This document shows positions 9,197-21,061 of a stretch of 64,000 bases of DNA, piece after piece. How positions within the stretch are numbered: position 1 is the stretch's first letter; every line of letters starts with the position of its first letter. The notes under the pieces were generated by a model. That model did not search any database. It saw only the letters and a program-made list of their open reading frames with translations, and was not told where the DNA came from. The position numbers were made by a program, and so were the translations under genes. Source of the stretch: Mayamaea pseudoterrestris (taxonomy: Eukaryota); NCBI GenBank assembly GCA_027923505.1, contig BROI01000014.1, positions 62,001-126,000 on the forward strand. Reading direction: 5' to 3'.

Positions 9197-11361
9197 GGCC
9201 CTGGGCCACTCCCCTTGCTTTGGGAAGCGGCCGCCGCCAGATATGATGATGGCGAAAGTGTGTTGGTGTTGTGGCGATTAGGACGTGGTGGCGACGAAAG
9301 GTCTGGAGTAGTGGCGGTAGCTGTGGCGGCAATGGCTTCTTGCCAACTTGAGGACCGGCCTGACTGGGCGCCCTGCTGCAATCGTTCGTTCCGTTCCTGC
9401 ATCAAGAGCTGTATCTGAGCCATGAGATGGTCCACCTTGGCATTGCTATCAAGAAGAGCGGCTTGCATAGTTTCCTTTTCTGCCTCCATAGCCTCCAGTC
9501 GGGCCTTGGTTCGAGCCGTAGTAGCCTGGGACTGCTCCGTCATATGAGACACTGCTGAACGGGCATCCTCCTCAGTCGTTTCTGCAATGAGCACGTCACG
9601 CCGGTGACGGGCCATATCATGGCCAGAGGCCTTGCTCCGCAAGTCAAAGACTGAGCCAGCTGACATGTCATCTTCATAACAGGAGTCCACTTCATAGTCA
9701 CCACCGAGAAAGTCAAACACGTCCTGAATTGCAGTGTCGGCTGGTGCTGTGAAAACGCCACGAGTAGCGTCGTACGTAACTTGCTCATTGGCCTCGCAGT
9801 AGGGCGTTGTAAAGCTAGCGCGTAAGTTGCAGTAGAAATCATGGGTTTGCTCGTCCGTGAGATTCATGGGGGCAAGAATGCTTGAGCCAAACTGCTTGAT
9901 GATGGCATAGAGGAATGGAATGACCGTCAAATACTTCTCAACATTATGCTTGTGGATGATTACCTGAATGGTCTTCTTGGCAATCAAGTTAATTTGCTCA
10001 AAGAGGAACAGACGGCCTGACGAGAGATCACCAGCCATATCAAACAAGATGCGAGCCAACGTGAGGTCAGTACCAGCAATCAGTGGACCATCAAGATTCT
10101 TGATACAGTGGATTGTTTCTGGAGGAGCGAATTGTCCAATGATCCGTTTGTGTTTGCTGCAGATTGTTATCATTTGTTTGCGACTTGCGAGCTCAGCAAC
10201 TTGCGTCGGAATGAATATTGTCCGAAAGTTGCCAGGATACACTCGTCCCGTTTCAATTCGGTGTGGGTACATGATCCGTAGCTTCTGGACAACCATGCCT
10301 GCATCAGCAGCAACGGCTTCCACAAACAAGCCTGGGATAGTCTTGAAGCCGCGAACTCCTGCCTTTTGCTTGATATCAACGACAATGCTGCCATCTGCAA
10401 GTGACTCCATTCCGGCATTGCCATTGTGGATGGTGACTGGAAGGCCAAGTGCTTTGGAGAGTTCGCGAGTCGCCGGCTGGAATTCCATGCCACGTGTGAA
10501 TGGGATAGCCCAGAAGTATCCAACGTCAATGGTCTCCTCAAACTGTAGCACATCCGCACTAATAACAAAAGTAGGAAGTGCCTGGTGGAGAAGGCGTGCC
10601 GTTTCGCGAGCCATGTCAGTTTCCGTCAAGTCGGGATAGTAGGAAAGCAACTTGGAGTTCCATCCAATGTACACACGAGTGTAGCACTTGATTTGGTTCT
10701 TGGGGCTGCTCAGCTTATGGAACCAATTCTGACGCAGGTTGTCGAAGGACTGGCTGGCAATATCGGCTGCTGTATACGCCGTGCAGTAAGTGCCCACCAG
10801 TGGGCCGTCAGAGCGCCAAGGATAGATGACTGGGGCCAAAGCTTTGTCATGCGCCTTCTTGTCGAGAACAAGTGTAGCTTTCTCGAGGTCTGGGTTTGGC
10901 TTGCTGTAGCTGACAATCTTGAGGTGTGTCAAAAGCTTGGCGAGATTGCGGATCATGGCATTGGCGGCGACTGGATATGGAGCTGTTGGATCCTCTGCAG
11001 GAGGGCAGCCAATGAGGAACCGATGCTTGTAGGTGCGAGGGAATTCGGTGAAGACTGAACTAGTTGGAAAGCGAACTCCTGGTGATGTGCTTGGCCGGCT
11101 GGGGGTCCGGTTGAGATTCGGGCGCTTGTTGCGGTTGCGAGCACTAGTAGACGTGGGCAGCTCCTCATTGTCAGTCATGTGAAGATCCGAGTTGGCGTCA
11201 TCATTGTCATCGGACGTATCACCTTCAGCATTGCCACGCTTGCTTGACAATGGTGTGGTGGCAGTGGAGACAAGTAGCGGCTTGTTGCATGATAGTTCGT
11301 CGTGAAAGTAGATAGGTTTAACTGGAGGAGGCCCACTTTCGTTGGAGTTAGAATCCGTCAT
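9193..11361 (-). CDS. Retrotransposon ORF1 (~722 aa, C-terminal coiled coil)
   Basis: Long ORF from first ATG 11361 (MTDSNS). Its TGA overlaps the ORF2 ATG (ATGA, 9196-9193). Acidic/disordered N-terminus and heptad-like region ARLEAMEAEKETMQAALL. Confidence 0.82.
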   Translation of the reverse strand: MTDSNSNESGPPPVKPIYFHDELSCNKPLLVSTATTPLSSKRGNAEGDTSDDNDDANSDLHMTDNEELPTSTSARNRNKRPNLNRTPSRPSTSPGVRFPTSSVFTEFPRTYKHRFLIGCPPAEDPTAPYPVAANAMIRNLAKLLTHLKIVSYSKPNPDLEKATLVLDKKAHDKALAPVIYPWRSDGPLVGTYCTAYTAADIASQSFDNLRQNWFHKLSSPKNQIKCYTRVYIGWNSKLLSYYPDLTETDMARETARLLHQALPTFVISADVLQFEETIDVGYFWAIPFTRGMEFQPATRELSKALGLPVTIHNGNAGMESLADGSIVVDIKQKAGVRGFKTIPGLFVEAVAADAGMVVQKLRIMYPHRIETGRVYPGNFRTIFIPTQVAELASRKQMITICSKHKRIIGQFAPPETIHCIKNLDGPLIAGTDLTLARILFDMAGDLSSGRLFLFEQINLIAKKTIQVIIHKHNVEKYLTVIPFLYAIIKQFGSSILAPMNLTDEQTHDFYCNLRASFTTPYCEANEQVTYDATRGVFTAPADTAIQDVFDFLGGDYEVDSCYEDDMSAGSVFDLRSKASGHDMARHRRDVLIAETTEEDARSAVSHMTEQSQATTARTKARLEAMEAEKETMQAALLDSNAKVDHLMAQIQLLMQERNERLQQGAQSGRSSSWQEAIAATATATTPDLSSPPRPNRHNTNTLSPSSYLAAAASQSKGSGPGP

Positions 11362-11364
11362 GAT

Positions 11365-12530
11365 ATCGGCAGAAGTTGATGGCCGATTCGTAAACTGATT
11401 AGATGCCGGTCGTTCCAATACCTTGATATCAAAGATGGTTAAGTTTGGCGGCTTGAGCAGCGTTTTTGGGCGAGTAGCGACGGAACAAGGGAGGTGGAGC
11501 TGGAGCAGTGCAGTACTTGATGGGGAAGTTGGACCTTAGGTATCTCAAGCAGTTGATGGACTCTTTGAGAACTGATTAGCTGCCAGTCGTTCCAATACCT
11601 TGATAGCGAAGACGGTTAAGTTTGAAGGCTTGAGCAGTCTTTTTGGGCGAGTTGTGCGACGGAACAGGGGAGGTGGAGCTGGAGTAGTGCAGTACCTGAT
11701 GGCAAAGTTGGACCTTGGATATCTCGAGCAGTTGATGAACTCTTCGAAAGCTGATTAGCTACCAGTCGTTCCAATACTTTGATAGTGAAGACGGTGAAGT
11801 TTGAAGGCTTGAGCAGTGTTTTTGGTTGAAGTTTGCGCGAGGAGAAGGGTGGCGGCGAGAGAGCAGTACCTGATGGCAAAGTTGGACCTTGGATATCTCG
11901 GGCAGTTGATGGACTCTTCGAAAACTGATTAGCTGCCAGTCGAGCCAGTACTTTGATAGTGAAGACGGTTAAGTTTGAAGGCTTGAGCAGTCTTTTTGGG
12001 CGAGTTGTGCGACAGAACAGAGGAGGTGGAGCAGAGCAGTACTTGATGGGGAAGTTGGACCTTGGATATCTCGAGAAGTTGATGGACTTTTCGAAAGCCA
12101 ACTAGATGCCAGTCGAGCCAGTACTTTGATAGTGAAGACGGTTAAGTTTGAAGGCTTGAGCAGTCTTTTTGGGCGAGTTGTGCGACGGAACAGGGGAGGT
12201 GGAGCAGTGCAGTACTTGATGGGGAAGTTGGACCTTGGGTATCTCGAGAAGTTGATGGACTCTTCGAAAGCCAACTAGATGCCAGTCGAGCCAGTACTTT
12301 GATAGTGAAGACGGTTAAGTTTGAAGGCTGGAGCAGTGTTTTTGGTTGAAGTGTGCGCTGGGATAGGGTGGATGGAGGGATGCAGTCCTGGATGGCAGAA
12401 TGGAGCTTGTGTAGTGCGAGATATTGATGGACTATTCGAAATCTGATTAGCTACTGCTCTTCCCGCTAGTTTGATGTAGAAGACTGTAAAGTGAGATGAC
12501 TGTAGGAGCGTTGTTGGTTAAGTTGTGGTT
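11365..12530 (-). repeat. About 7 tandem ~173-179-bp monomers in the retrotransposon 5' UTR
   Basis: The anchor GACGGTTAAGTTTGAAGGCT, or a variant, recurs at 11434, 11611, 11790, 11964, 12137, 12310 and 12482 (terminal copies degenerate). Confidence 0.9.
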
Positions 12531-12804
12531 TGGTGATGGTTTGAAGAGGTCGGTGGAACAAATTCGGTGCGGCGCTGTAGAAATGGTACTGGTCGTTACG
12601 TAGCGCGAGGTGTCACGAAATTTGAAAATGTGACTGGTGATTTCTCGGGGAATTTTTGGGTGATGAAGGTACTTGTTTGTTTATAAAGGTTATGGTGTTA
12701 AGATAAAGTCAGTGGTAAAGTTTGTTATATGGTTGATAAGGCTGGTAAAGTTTGGTATGTTTTGGTGTGTGACGCATCGACGGCAGCTCGTGACGTAGAA
12801 TTGT

Positions 12805-12820
12805 AAATGCCAAGGAACCA
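12805..12820 (+). repeat. Target-site duplication, right copy (AAATGCCAAGGAACCA)
   Basis: Identical to 3056-3071. Confidence 0.93.
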
Positions 12821-15515
12821 TACGACATCGGATACACTGAAACGTGTCACCAACCTGCATGAAACCATGATCGAACAGCAGTGTCTCTAGGCTCGTCGCG
12901 GCGTTCGCCACAACAGCATCGATCTCTAATGCAGGAATCTCTGACATGGTTTCCGTCAATTGAGAAAGACGTTGGTACAGTATATTGAAGAACCGCCGCT
13001 GAGCGCCAAATTTGAGACTACTACATTGAAGCGAGTGAAGTTTCCGCACGTTCGACAGAGCTATCTTCAATTCCGCCGAGACGTACTGACAATTCTGGAA
13101 GTGCTGATTGAGCGATGTATTGAGCGCCGACGCAAAGTTATCGGGCGCTGTAGGAAATGATCGGCCCACTGGTGACACCGTTTGCGGCTGATGCAAGCAG
13201 TGGCGGCATTGTATACCCGCCATGCTTCGTCCGCGAGGATCGCTGCTCGGTTGGGCCGCCGTCACTTGCCGTAGCGCCAGGTAGACATACTCCGACACAA
13301 GGAACCGCTCGCTCGGTATAATGAGATTATTTTCAGAAGGATCCTCATCCCAGTTTTTCGCAGCTTCTTCCAACAAGATTTGCGTCCCCTCGTCCGTGCA
13401 GCGAGGAAATGCTTCAGGATATGCCAATCGATCATGATCCACCTTCTAATCATACATCGACCTGCGCTGCTGATGTAATTTTTGAGTAAACTCTGCCGAA
13501 ACAGCGGAAGTAACATCATCGGGTCTCGCTTCCTCCCTAAACGCTGCCGGCATGCTTGCCATTCGCGTGGTCATTTCCTCGACACTGACATCGGCTTCAC
13601 GCATGCGCGTCCACAGTTCATGGATCAATCGTCGCTGCGCTCCATACGGAAGCTGCGCCAATTGTCGACCATGCAGCTTCTTGTATGCTTGTAGCGCCTG
13701 CTTTAGCTCCACAGGCACGCGCAAACACTTGCTCAAGTGACCCGCAAAGGAAGTGGTAATGCTGGAACTCAAATTGTCTGCTGCCGAAGTAAACGAACGA
13801 CAGGACGAGTGCGGATCGTGTGTTCCGCAGTGCCGACAGCAAAAGCCGGCCAATCCCAGTCGCAAGCCTTGGGCTCGCTTGCCACGGGCACTAAAATCTA
13901 GCGGCAAAACGTGACAAATTTGCATTTGACGAATTAGCAAAAAGATAAAGTCAGTGACATGAGATTTATCGGCAGATCGTGAAAGGTTCTCCTGTAGACT
14001 GTCGGGTTCCAACAAGGCTTCGGCAAGGACGGCTTCCGCTTCTGGACTGGCCGTGATGCGAGTCATGTCCATCGAAACTGGCGCAGCCGCATTTGATGCC
14101 GAGGCATTGTTACTACTTTCGACATGAGATTCCTTGGCGTACTGCTTGCGACAAATGTCAAGCGCCAATGGACTAAGCTGCAAGTCGCGGCCAAATCGAA
14201 TGCCGCTACCAGTATCATGATTGACCAATCCAATTCGCTTGGCGGAAATATAGTAGTAACTTGCATGCGGCAAGTCCCGACGCACTCGTTTGGCGACTGC
14301 GTGTTCCTGCAAAAGTGTCTGCAACTTGATCTTTTCATCGGGCGGCAAGTGCGGACAGTTGTTTTCCCAATGCAGCTGCGGCTTTTGTTGACATAAGTTA
14401 TAAATGGCTGCCAGATTGGCTGGAAATGATATTGCTCCTGCTGGAATTGCTGCTATGGCTGTGTTATCATCCATTTGCGACTGTTGCTCTTGCGCTCGCT
14501 GGCAGTAAATGCATCGAACACCGACTCTGCCAAATGCAATGGAGGAACTCAGCTTGTACATTGCATTTTGACTCGTCGCCGAGAAGAATTCAAGACTATT
14601 GCGAATCCAGCAATGCAAATCGGAAAGGTACATTGGGTCTTCGGGCAGCGACAATCCAACGCTTCCTTCGTAGTAGCCCTCGTCCTGAATCGTCTGTTGG
14701 AGCGCCATTGGACGGTTGGCACGAATATTTTGTTGCTCTCGGGCGGCCTGCTCCTTTGTTTTGAGTCCAAGCATGAGATCAACGTCGACGGTAACGCTGC
14801 GAGTACCAACATATGAATGGTGGTTGATTGCTGCGTCATGGTGTAGCTCCGTTTCGTCTTGACTATGGTCGTCATCCGAGCCCTCCGTGTCGTAATTGGC
14901 CGTGATTAATTCAAGAAAGGATGGATATTTGCTGCGACGAATGAGCTTTTGTAGTTTGCGACGTTTCATTTCCTCCTTGGGGTCGTTCACTTCGGAATTC
15001 TGCTTGACCGTTTCAACATTGTTTGTAGACGGACTCGTCGTTATCAAGGCGGACGCTGCTAAATCTTGGTCCGTCATAAAATTCTGCAATTTCTCGTCAA
15101 CTTGTCGAGTAGAAGTTTCAGCCGCTGTCGATGTAGCAAATGCTTGCCTTGCTGTTGATGTCAATGGAGTAGTAGCGGTAGTAGGTCCATCCGGTCCATC
15201 AATGAACATGACTTCGTTACTGCTGCTAGCATCCTCGCTGAAATCACTGGCGTTGTACAATCCAGCAACTTGTTCTTTGTCATATTCTTCGTCGTCGTCC
15301 GTGTTATCCTCGGAAAACTCTACATCCGAGCCTCGTTGCTCCATGAAATCCAAGCCTTGTTGCTCCATGACTGCCGTCGCAGCTTCATATTCTTCATTCG
15401 CCAATCGATTAATTTCTTGCCGTGACGGCATGGCAGCGAATAACGCGTGCTGAAATAGCGCATGTCGAGGCGGAGATGCCTCCTCTCGCCTATCATTGGG
15501 AGAAGAATTGTTCAT
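12805..15515 (-). pseudogene. 5' part of a disrupted gene for a diatom-type protein with repeated Cys/His (putative Zn-binding) domains
   Basis: Three related modules (GRVGVRCIYC...HWENNC; GFCCRHC...HLSKC; GIQCRHC...HFQNC). In-frame TAG at 13448-13446, with the frame continuing (YD*KVDHDR), and truncation by the retroelement at 12804. Confidence 0.78.
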
Positions 15516-15795
15516 TGTTTTGCATACGGAGCTTGGCTCTTACTGTTAATAGCTTTTATGGCTCGCTTTGATCTTTTTGATCCATGGTGCCAACGACGTG
15601 ACCGACCGCGTTAACCGCTACGACATGTTCGATGCATAACCACTGCGACTATCGCTTCGATGACGTTTCTTTCGTCCCTTTTGCATTCTTCACAATGGCG
15701 AAAACGGACCGATCTCCTTAGTTTTGCTTCACGGTAGCAACGATTGACGTGTCTCATAGAGCTATTGCCAACAAATTGCCAAGTTAGCTTTCGTT

Positions 15796-18075
15796 ATGCG
15801 ATTTCTGATTGCCTGCTTTATCCCTTCGGTGGCTGCCTTTGGCATGCCATCCATTCCGTCGTCGTCCCATAGTGCTCATGTTCGCGGCAGCAGCAGCAGC
15901 AATCAACATATTTTGGCTTTTACAAATACGAAACTACATGCTGCTGCTGGATCATCGTCATCATCTACAGAATCTGCTACGTTGTCACCACCCGCAGCAA
16001 TACATGCTGACAATTGGAACTTGCTTTCGGATCGAGGACAAGCCGCCATGCAGCGACTGCTAGACCTGGACAAGAACAACAATGATCAAGCGCAACGGCA
16101 CGTTTACGGAGACTGGCCACTGGCAGGAACGGACGATGAAGGCAAGCGACGATTGGCCGAGCAGGTATGTCGAACAGAAGAACGATTAAAACGGAGCATC
16201 CTACAGTCTTGTCGTCGTCACTCATTGTATTTATCATTCATCTTTATAGCTTGCCGACTTGGATGCTGCGTATCCAGGTGGCTTGAAAGCCTATTTATCA
16301 AAGGCAAAGACACTGCTGAAAGAATCGGCAGACGGAATCAATCCCTTTGACGAATACACTGCTGAGATTCCAAACGGCGAGTACTTGTGCTACGAAAACA
16401 GCCACAAGGCAACCATGCCGTTTCGCGAGGCGGAACAAGTTGGATTGGAAGCATGCGCCGACGTTGCCTTTGTCCTGGTGGCTGGTGGGCTCGGAGAACG
16501 ACTTGGATACAGCGGCATTAAACTCAGCCTTGAGACAAACCTTTGCACGAATCAGTGCTATTTGGAGGTATACATGGAGTACATTCAGGACATGCAATAC
16601 TTGGCGCGGCAGCAAACGGGCCGGACGGACGTGAACATTCCCTTGGTCATTATGACATCGGGCGACACGGATGCACCGACCAGAGCGTTGCTGGAGGAGA
16701 ATGATTACTTTGGAATGGATCGCAACTTGGTATCGATTGTGACGCAAGACAAAGTTCCCGCGTTGAAGGACGGCGCGGCTGGACTGGCCTTGGATGAAAA
16801 TGATCGATGGTCGGTTCAAACCAAGCCACATGGTCATGGTGACGTTCACCAGTTGCTTTTCCGCGACGGCATTGTCGATAAATGGGAGCAAGAGGGCAAG
16901 ACACACGTCATCTTTCTTCAGGATACCAACGCTCTAGTGATGAACAGTATCGTGCCGACACTCGGAGTCTCAGTTACCAAGGGCTTCCACATGAACAGCA
17001 TATGCATTCCTCGACTGGCGGGCGAAGCAGCCGGAGCGATTACTCGATTAGTGTGAGTTGTTTTGAAAATGATTTTTGCTGGCTCGCGTCGCCAATATGA
17101 CGTTAACTGACTGCGAGACTTTCACATCATCTTTATTACAGACACAAGACGGATCCGGAAAAGAGCTTGGTCATCAACGTGGAATACAACCAACTGGATC
17201 CGCTCCTCCGCACACAAGGCGACTGCAAGGGTGATGTACCTGACTCAAGCACTGGATACTCTCCGTTTCCCGGAAATGCCAACAACATTATCATTGAAAT
17301 GGGAGCTTACGCCAAGACACTTCGCGGAGAAGACCAAGGTGTCGTCGTCGAGTTTGTCAATCCAAAGTACAAGGACGAATCACGCACAACCTTTAAGAAG
17401 CCTGCTCGACTAGAATGCATGATGCAGGACATTCCCAAGTTGTTTCAAAAAGAAATGGGCCAGTCAGCTAACATTGGCTTTACAATGTTCGACAGGTGGT
17501 TCACTTTTTCGCCCGCAAAGAATGCTATCGAGGCTGGTCGGGACGATGTTGCCAAGGGAAGCAAGGCACCCGGGACAATGTCATCGGCCGAGAGCGACAA
17601 GTATCTTCAAAACGCTCGTAAGCTAAAGCATGCGGGAGCAGACGTACATGTGGCAACCGACGATGAGCTTGTTGACATGGCTGGCATTCCAGTCACGCCT
17701 GGTCCTCGCATAATATTGAAACCGTCGTTTGGTATTTCGCAGCGAGAGTATCGCGCCAAGGTCAAGGGCCCCGTAAAGATCAGCGAGCGCAGTAGCGTAG
17801 TCTTGGGAGGCCACCATTTGACAATCAAAAGTTTGGAAGTGGACGGTGCTTTGATCCTTCGTTGCGGACCAGAAAGTTACGTGACGGTTGAAGACTTGCA
17901 AGTACAGAACAAGGGATGGGATCTGACACCATTGGATCCATCGAAAGACTATCCCGAGCATGTCAAGATTCGTGGATACACCATGACGAAGCACGAAACA
18001 ATGGAGATTATCATTAAGGAACCTGGTCACTTTATCGTCAAATCATCGGGCGAAGTGGTCAAGCAGGATACGTGA
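15796..18075 (+). CDS. USP: UDP-sugar pyrophosphorylase, probably plastid-targeted (3 exons)
   Basis: Motifs FVLVAGGLGERLGYSGIK, TKPHGHGDVH, FLQDTN, INVEYNQLDPLL, FPGN, RLECMMQD. Frame-preserving GT-AG introns at 16165-16249 and 17053-17141. Signal peptide ending AA-F followed by a Ser-rich transit peptide. Confidence 0.92.
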
Positions 18076-18336
18076 TCACCACACTGGGCGATCTGCTGAT
18101 GTACTAAACTTCTTTTGTATAAAGAAAGCTTTCTGAGTATCGCATTGGCTATAAATGAATGTTTATCTTGAGACACAAATAGGGTACAGATGCAACCAAA
18201 TATAAACGGTCAGCAGTATGCGACCAATGGAAGGAGTCCGCCGGTGGATCAATTTTCGTCTTGGTGCAAAATGTGCATGCGCCCGATACTTTGTTTTAGT
18301 ATACTATGCAGAGTAGCATGCAAACAACCTATCTCA

Positions 18337-19206
18337 TTATCCAGACGACGGCGACGTTTGCAGTCCCAACTGCGTCCAGTCGGCTATGTAACCGGATCCT
18401 CGACATGGATGACAAACCTCAGAACCTTGGGCCTGGCATATCTTGCACGGCTGCGGCGTCATTCCTTGCAGGGCAAACATTTTGGAGCCGTGGCAGAAGC
18501 GACAGGCCACCATGCCCGTTCCGTGACATGACTTGCATTCCTCCGAGCATGATTCTGGTTTTTCAACCTCCTTGAATGATCAAAACGAATCGCAAACGGT
18601 AAGTTGACGGAGCGTGACAGGCGCATGCGCATGGCGCACTTTTCGCTTTATACTTGTATACGTACACACTCCTCCTGATTCTCCTGCATTTGCCAAGCCA
18701 TTTCCAATCCTCGTCGTGCCTGCGAGGGATCCACCTTGGATGTTCGTTCGTGTACAGCATCATGTCCATCTTTGACAAGATTGTAAAGCTCCTGCTCCAT
18801 GATTTGCGAATCAGTCGCAGCCGAAGAGGCGCCTTCTTCCTCATCGTCGTTGCTATTACTGCTGTTGTCAGGAAAGACCATCTTGTCCCAGTCAATCTGA
18901 GATAGTGACAAGAGTTTTATATTGTTAGCGATTGCATGTTTCATTGCGATTGTCGTTTTTTAATGGTTCCTTGGTGTAACTTGTTCCGTCAGCGCAGTGT
19001 ATCATACATACCTCACATTCACCTTCCGGATCAGCGTCGCAATCCTCCAAAAACTCCTCCTTTGGTGGCCCCATCTTCAAGGCAAACTGTGTTTGCACAG
19101 ATTGTCTCATTGCATATCGCAATGGAAAAGTGCGGGGCGCCCATGCGGTTGTTGACGGAAAAGATGATGCGATGACGGCGATCAGAATGGAATGAGCGAA
19201 TCGCAT
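18337..19206 (-). CDS. Plastid-targeted DnaJ-type zinc-finger protein without a J-domain (3 exons, ~219 aa)
   Basis: Exons 19206-19012, 18896-18666 and 18570-18337 with GT-AG introns. Exon 3 translates EVEKPESCSEECKSCHGTGMVACRFCHGSK...CKICQAQGSEVCHPCRGSGYIADW (four CxxC, CxxCxGxG-type). Presequence ...TTA-WAP. Confidence 0.82.
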
Positions 19207-19842
19207 GATTCGCGGCTGATTTGCAGTGATTGACTGCTTGGAAATTGTTTCGACGTGAAATTACACTACTGATCACAATGGACGTTTCTGCTGACTATAC
19301 TGGCTGGGTGCCTTTCTTTGTTATTTGAAACCAGCAAACATGGATCCAGAATCCAGCGTCAACCCGAGCAGCTGCGCGTCGATGTTTGCTAATTAGTACC
19401 GGTATGACAACTTGCTATGTTATGGTCGCAACGCAATGGTATTGTGTGCCGAGTGTGATGATTAAAGAGTACAGTATTTACTCCGTAAGCTGTTCAATAA
19501 ATATTGCTGGCAAGCAGCTCCAGTGGAGAGACGATGAATAGCTTGATGCTCAGAGCCGTGTATCGCGCACGATATAATCGGCAGTCGCACCTCGTGGATA
19601 ACCTTACGACAGCTGAGAGCCCAGCAACCGCTCCCCCTTTAACATGCATTTAACTTGCAGCGAACAGTGTTAAGATTAGGCAGTGTGCATGCTATAAATT
19701 GTTTATAGTGAAATATTTATATAAGATGCAGGTTCTTGGTCTCGCAGTCGTTCTCGTTTATCTTGTTTGCCCCAACAGAGAAAGCATTTCGCAAGCCACG
19801 TTGCATTGCATTAAGTTGAAAGCATGCACATACGCATTTTCG

Positions 19843-21061
19843 TTACATGCTGAGCGGATGCTCGTCCAAAAAGAGTGATTGAACAGTTACCTTTGGATCC
19901 ATGCAAGGGAGAATCTCGACTGCGGCCGAAAGGTCCGCCTTGGGATGGAGCGAAGTGAGGTCAAGCGTTTCCTGGAAATCCGGAAAGATTGGAATATCCG
20001 GACTGTCAAGCATGAACCAATCCAAAGGATCGTCGGCCACAGGGTCATCGTAATTGCTCTCGACGTAGAGGCTCGTATCCGCGCCAGTCCACAAACCCAA
20101 GTCGAGTTCGTTAACTCCAGCCGGTGAAATAATGCTGAGATTCTCGGACGACGAACTGCAACTCACAGCGGAAGTATGCGCACTGATGTAATAACGACGA
20201 AAATCGAAATGTGAGATGTCTGTGTTCGTAGACAAGCGAGCATGCAAGCAAGCAGCGGCTGCGCCACAGAAGCAGCCGAAAATTACAAAGCAGCAAAGCG
20301 ATTGCGCAAATAACTTACATAATATCTGCCGTAGGAGTCGGCAAGTCGCGATTATTGTTGCAGTTCATGATATTGGCCAGCGAAATAGTGATTCGAAGCT
20401 TTTCCTTTTCGATAGTCGCTTGCGTTTGGTCGAGGTGCACAGGCTCAATCTTTAGCATCTTGCTGATTCGCGCATCGTCATAGTCGTCAGCCGGCATAGC
20501 GGAAGGCTGCGTCTTTCGCTTGCTCGTAGAAGTCGAAGTCGTTGTAAACGAATCTTCCGACGTGACCGAGGCGGACGATGACTTGGTTTTGCGCTCGAGC
20601 TTTTGAAAATATTTCTGCGCATGTGTGCGGACCTGTCAAATGTGCAGCAATGCATAACGTTAGATATTGCGCATTTAGTTATATACGACAGGTCGACGCT
20701 CGCGACGATTATCCTTTCAATAACAAGACTACTTGTTTCCACTGCAAACCCCCATTCGCCCCCTAAACTGTAAGTTGCTTACCTGAACCACCGTTCTCGT
20801 CCCAATCATGTCGGCAATCATCTTCCATTGCTTGCCATGACGCTCTAGTCCGTCGAGAAAGAGGGCATGCTCCTCGTCGCTCCAACGACCAATCTTGTCC
20901 TTATCCTTGCGGCTGAGCCTGGGACTTCCGCCCAACGACGACGAGCGGGTCAGTGATGAACTCTTGGAGGGAATCTGTTGCGCACGGTCGCTGCTGGAGG
21001 ATGAGGCGCCATGGCGGCTGGCCAATGGAGAAATCTGGATCGTCTCTTCGTAAATGGGCAT
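19843..21061 (-). CDS. MYB-related (1R, SHAQKYF class) transcription factor
   Basis: GRWSDEEHALFLDGLERHGKQWKMIADMIGTRTVVQ spliced (intron 20782-20633) to VRTHAQKYFQKL. Second intron 20318-20183. Acidic C-terminus. Confidence 0.88.

Larger units (their letters stand above)
3072..12804 (-). mobile_element. Full-length non-LTR retrotransposon (~9.7 kb), APE-RT-RNase H type, Ambal-like
   Basis: 16-bp TSD, short (TTA)n 3' tail at 3072-3081, two intact ORFs and no LTRs. The APE-RT-RNase H-CCHC domain order matches diatom Ambal-clade elements; clade is inferred, no phylogeny run. Confidence 0.92.

Noticed and set aside
11616..12274. Repetitive ORFs (MAFEKSINFSRY...) upstream of ORF1
   Set aside because: Monomer lengths are mostly not multiples of 3 and frames break between units; best read as UTR repeats.
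19012..19050. CP12-like motif CDADPEGEC
   Set aside because: Spacing is C-X7-C rather than C-X8-C and there is no AWD.VEE core.
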